Of a stretch of 64,000 nucleotides of DNA, positions 63,252 to 64,000 are shown in pieces. The notes under the pieces are model-generated. The model ran no database searches. It was not told the DNA's origin and saw nothing but the letters and a program-made list of their open reading frames with translations. Position numbers and translations under genes: made by a program. Within the stretch, counting starts at the first letter, position 1. Every line of letters starts with the position of its first letter. Location: positions 36,576-100,575 of the forward strand of contig RQSC01001018.1 of the NCBI GenBank assembly GCA_013416795.1. Direction: 5' to 3'. Source of the DNA: Prasinococcaceae sp. CCMP 1430. Its lineage: Eukaryota; Plantae; Prasinodermophyta.

Positions 63252-64000
63252 NGCCCTCGCAGCAGCAGCAGCAGCAGCCGCGCGCGCGCGTCCCGCGGCG
63301 GCCGCCGCCATCGCAGTCGCGAGAAAGGCGAGCGCGCCGCGCCGAGCGCAAGCTGTGCCGCGTCGCACGCACGCACACACACACACAGCGTCACACACAC
63401 ACACACACGCACGCACACACACGCACACACACGCACACGCGTACACACACACGTACACACGCGTACACACACACACGCACACGCGCACGCACACACGCCC
63501 CGCACACACGCGCGCGCGCTGCTGCCGCGCGCGCGCGCGCCACGCGCGGGGCGCGGCGCTCGCTTTACCGGAATCGCCGCCCAAATCTCCCTCCTTCCGC
63601 GTTTTTACCCGTCGGGCGCAATGCGGCCGAGCCCCGTGGGAGCGATACGACGCCAATGGAAAAACGGGGGCTTATGTTATCCTCGGGCGGGGGGCCGCAG
63701 ATCTCCGCAGGCCGGGATCTCCCAAGAACTGACCAAACCCTAACTATTTAAACCTCAAAACCAGAACCTAAACACGAAACCACGCGCGCGCGTGCTGCGT
63801 GGCCCGGGGTGGGTGTGTGGGAGGGTGGGGGAGCGCGGCGGGGCGCGGTGGCAGAGCGTGCGGCCCCCACACCGCCCTCCCCTCCCCTAAACCCACTGCC
63901 GATCCCCTGGGGACGGTTCTGGGGCGCGCGGAGCGCATGGCCTGCCGCGCCGCCCGCGGCGCCGATGGCCGCCAAGCTGTGGGCGCTGCGGCGCCAGCGC

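Overview
Gene-dense, very GC-rich eukaryotic nuclear DNA, most consistent with a green alga (prasinophyte/chlorophyte-like). Supporting evidence: GT-AG introns with CTGAC branch points, many introns filled with (CA)n/(GT)n microsatellites, TGTAA poly(A) signals after stop codons, plant-type CCCTAAA repeats, and plastid genes (ClpP5, Tic20, ACP, FdC2). About 35 protein genes can be reconstructed, including NTF2, MOSC, GcvH, CTP synthase, RNR2, TAF6, a FET-type RRM protein, M20 hydrolase, lactonase, DLH, GH99, CUL3, PGES2-like, F-box, reticulon, REX4, AIP1, cyclophilin, PAN2, an amino-acid transporter, DAK and D-cysteine desulfhydrase. The main finding is an ER thioredoxin-fold selenoprotein at 60527-61312 that the ORF track misses. 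It has three in-frame UGA codons in a G-U-G-U-U motif (two adjacent Sec) and a non-canonical SECIS-like hairpin in its 3' UTR. Also notable: an in-frame zinc-deaminase/AIP1 WD40 fusion, a DCC + ROK-like + EF-hand + thioredoxin multidomain protein, and an AUG-less REX4 ORF directly behind a reticulon gene (possible bicistron). The assembly has N-gaps and low-quality stretches, so several 5' ends are uncertain. Family assignments come from motif recognition, not database searches.
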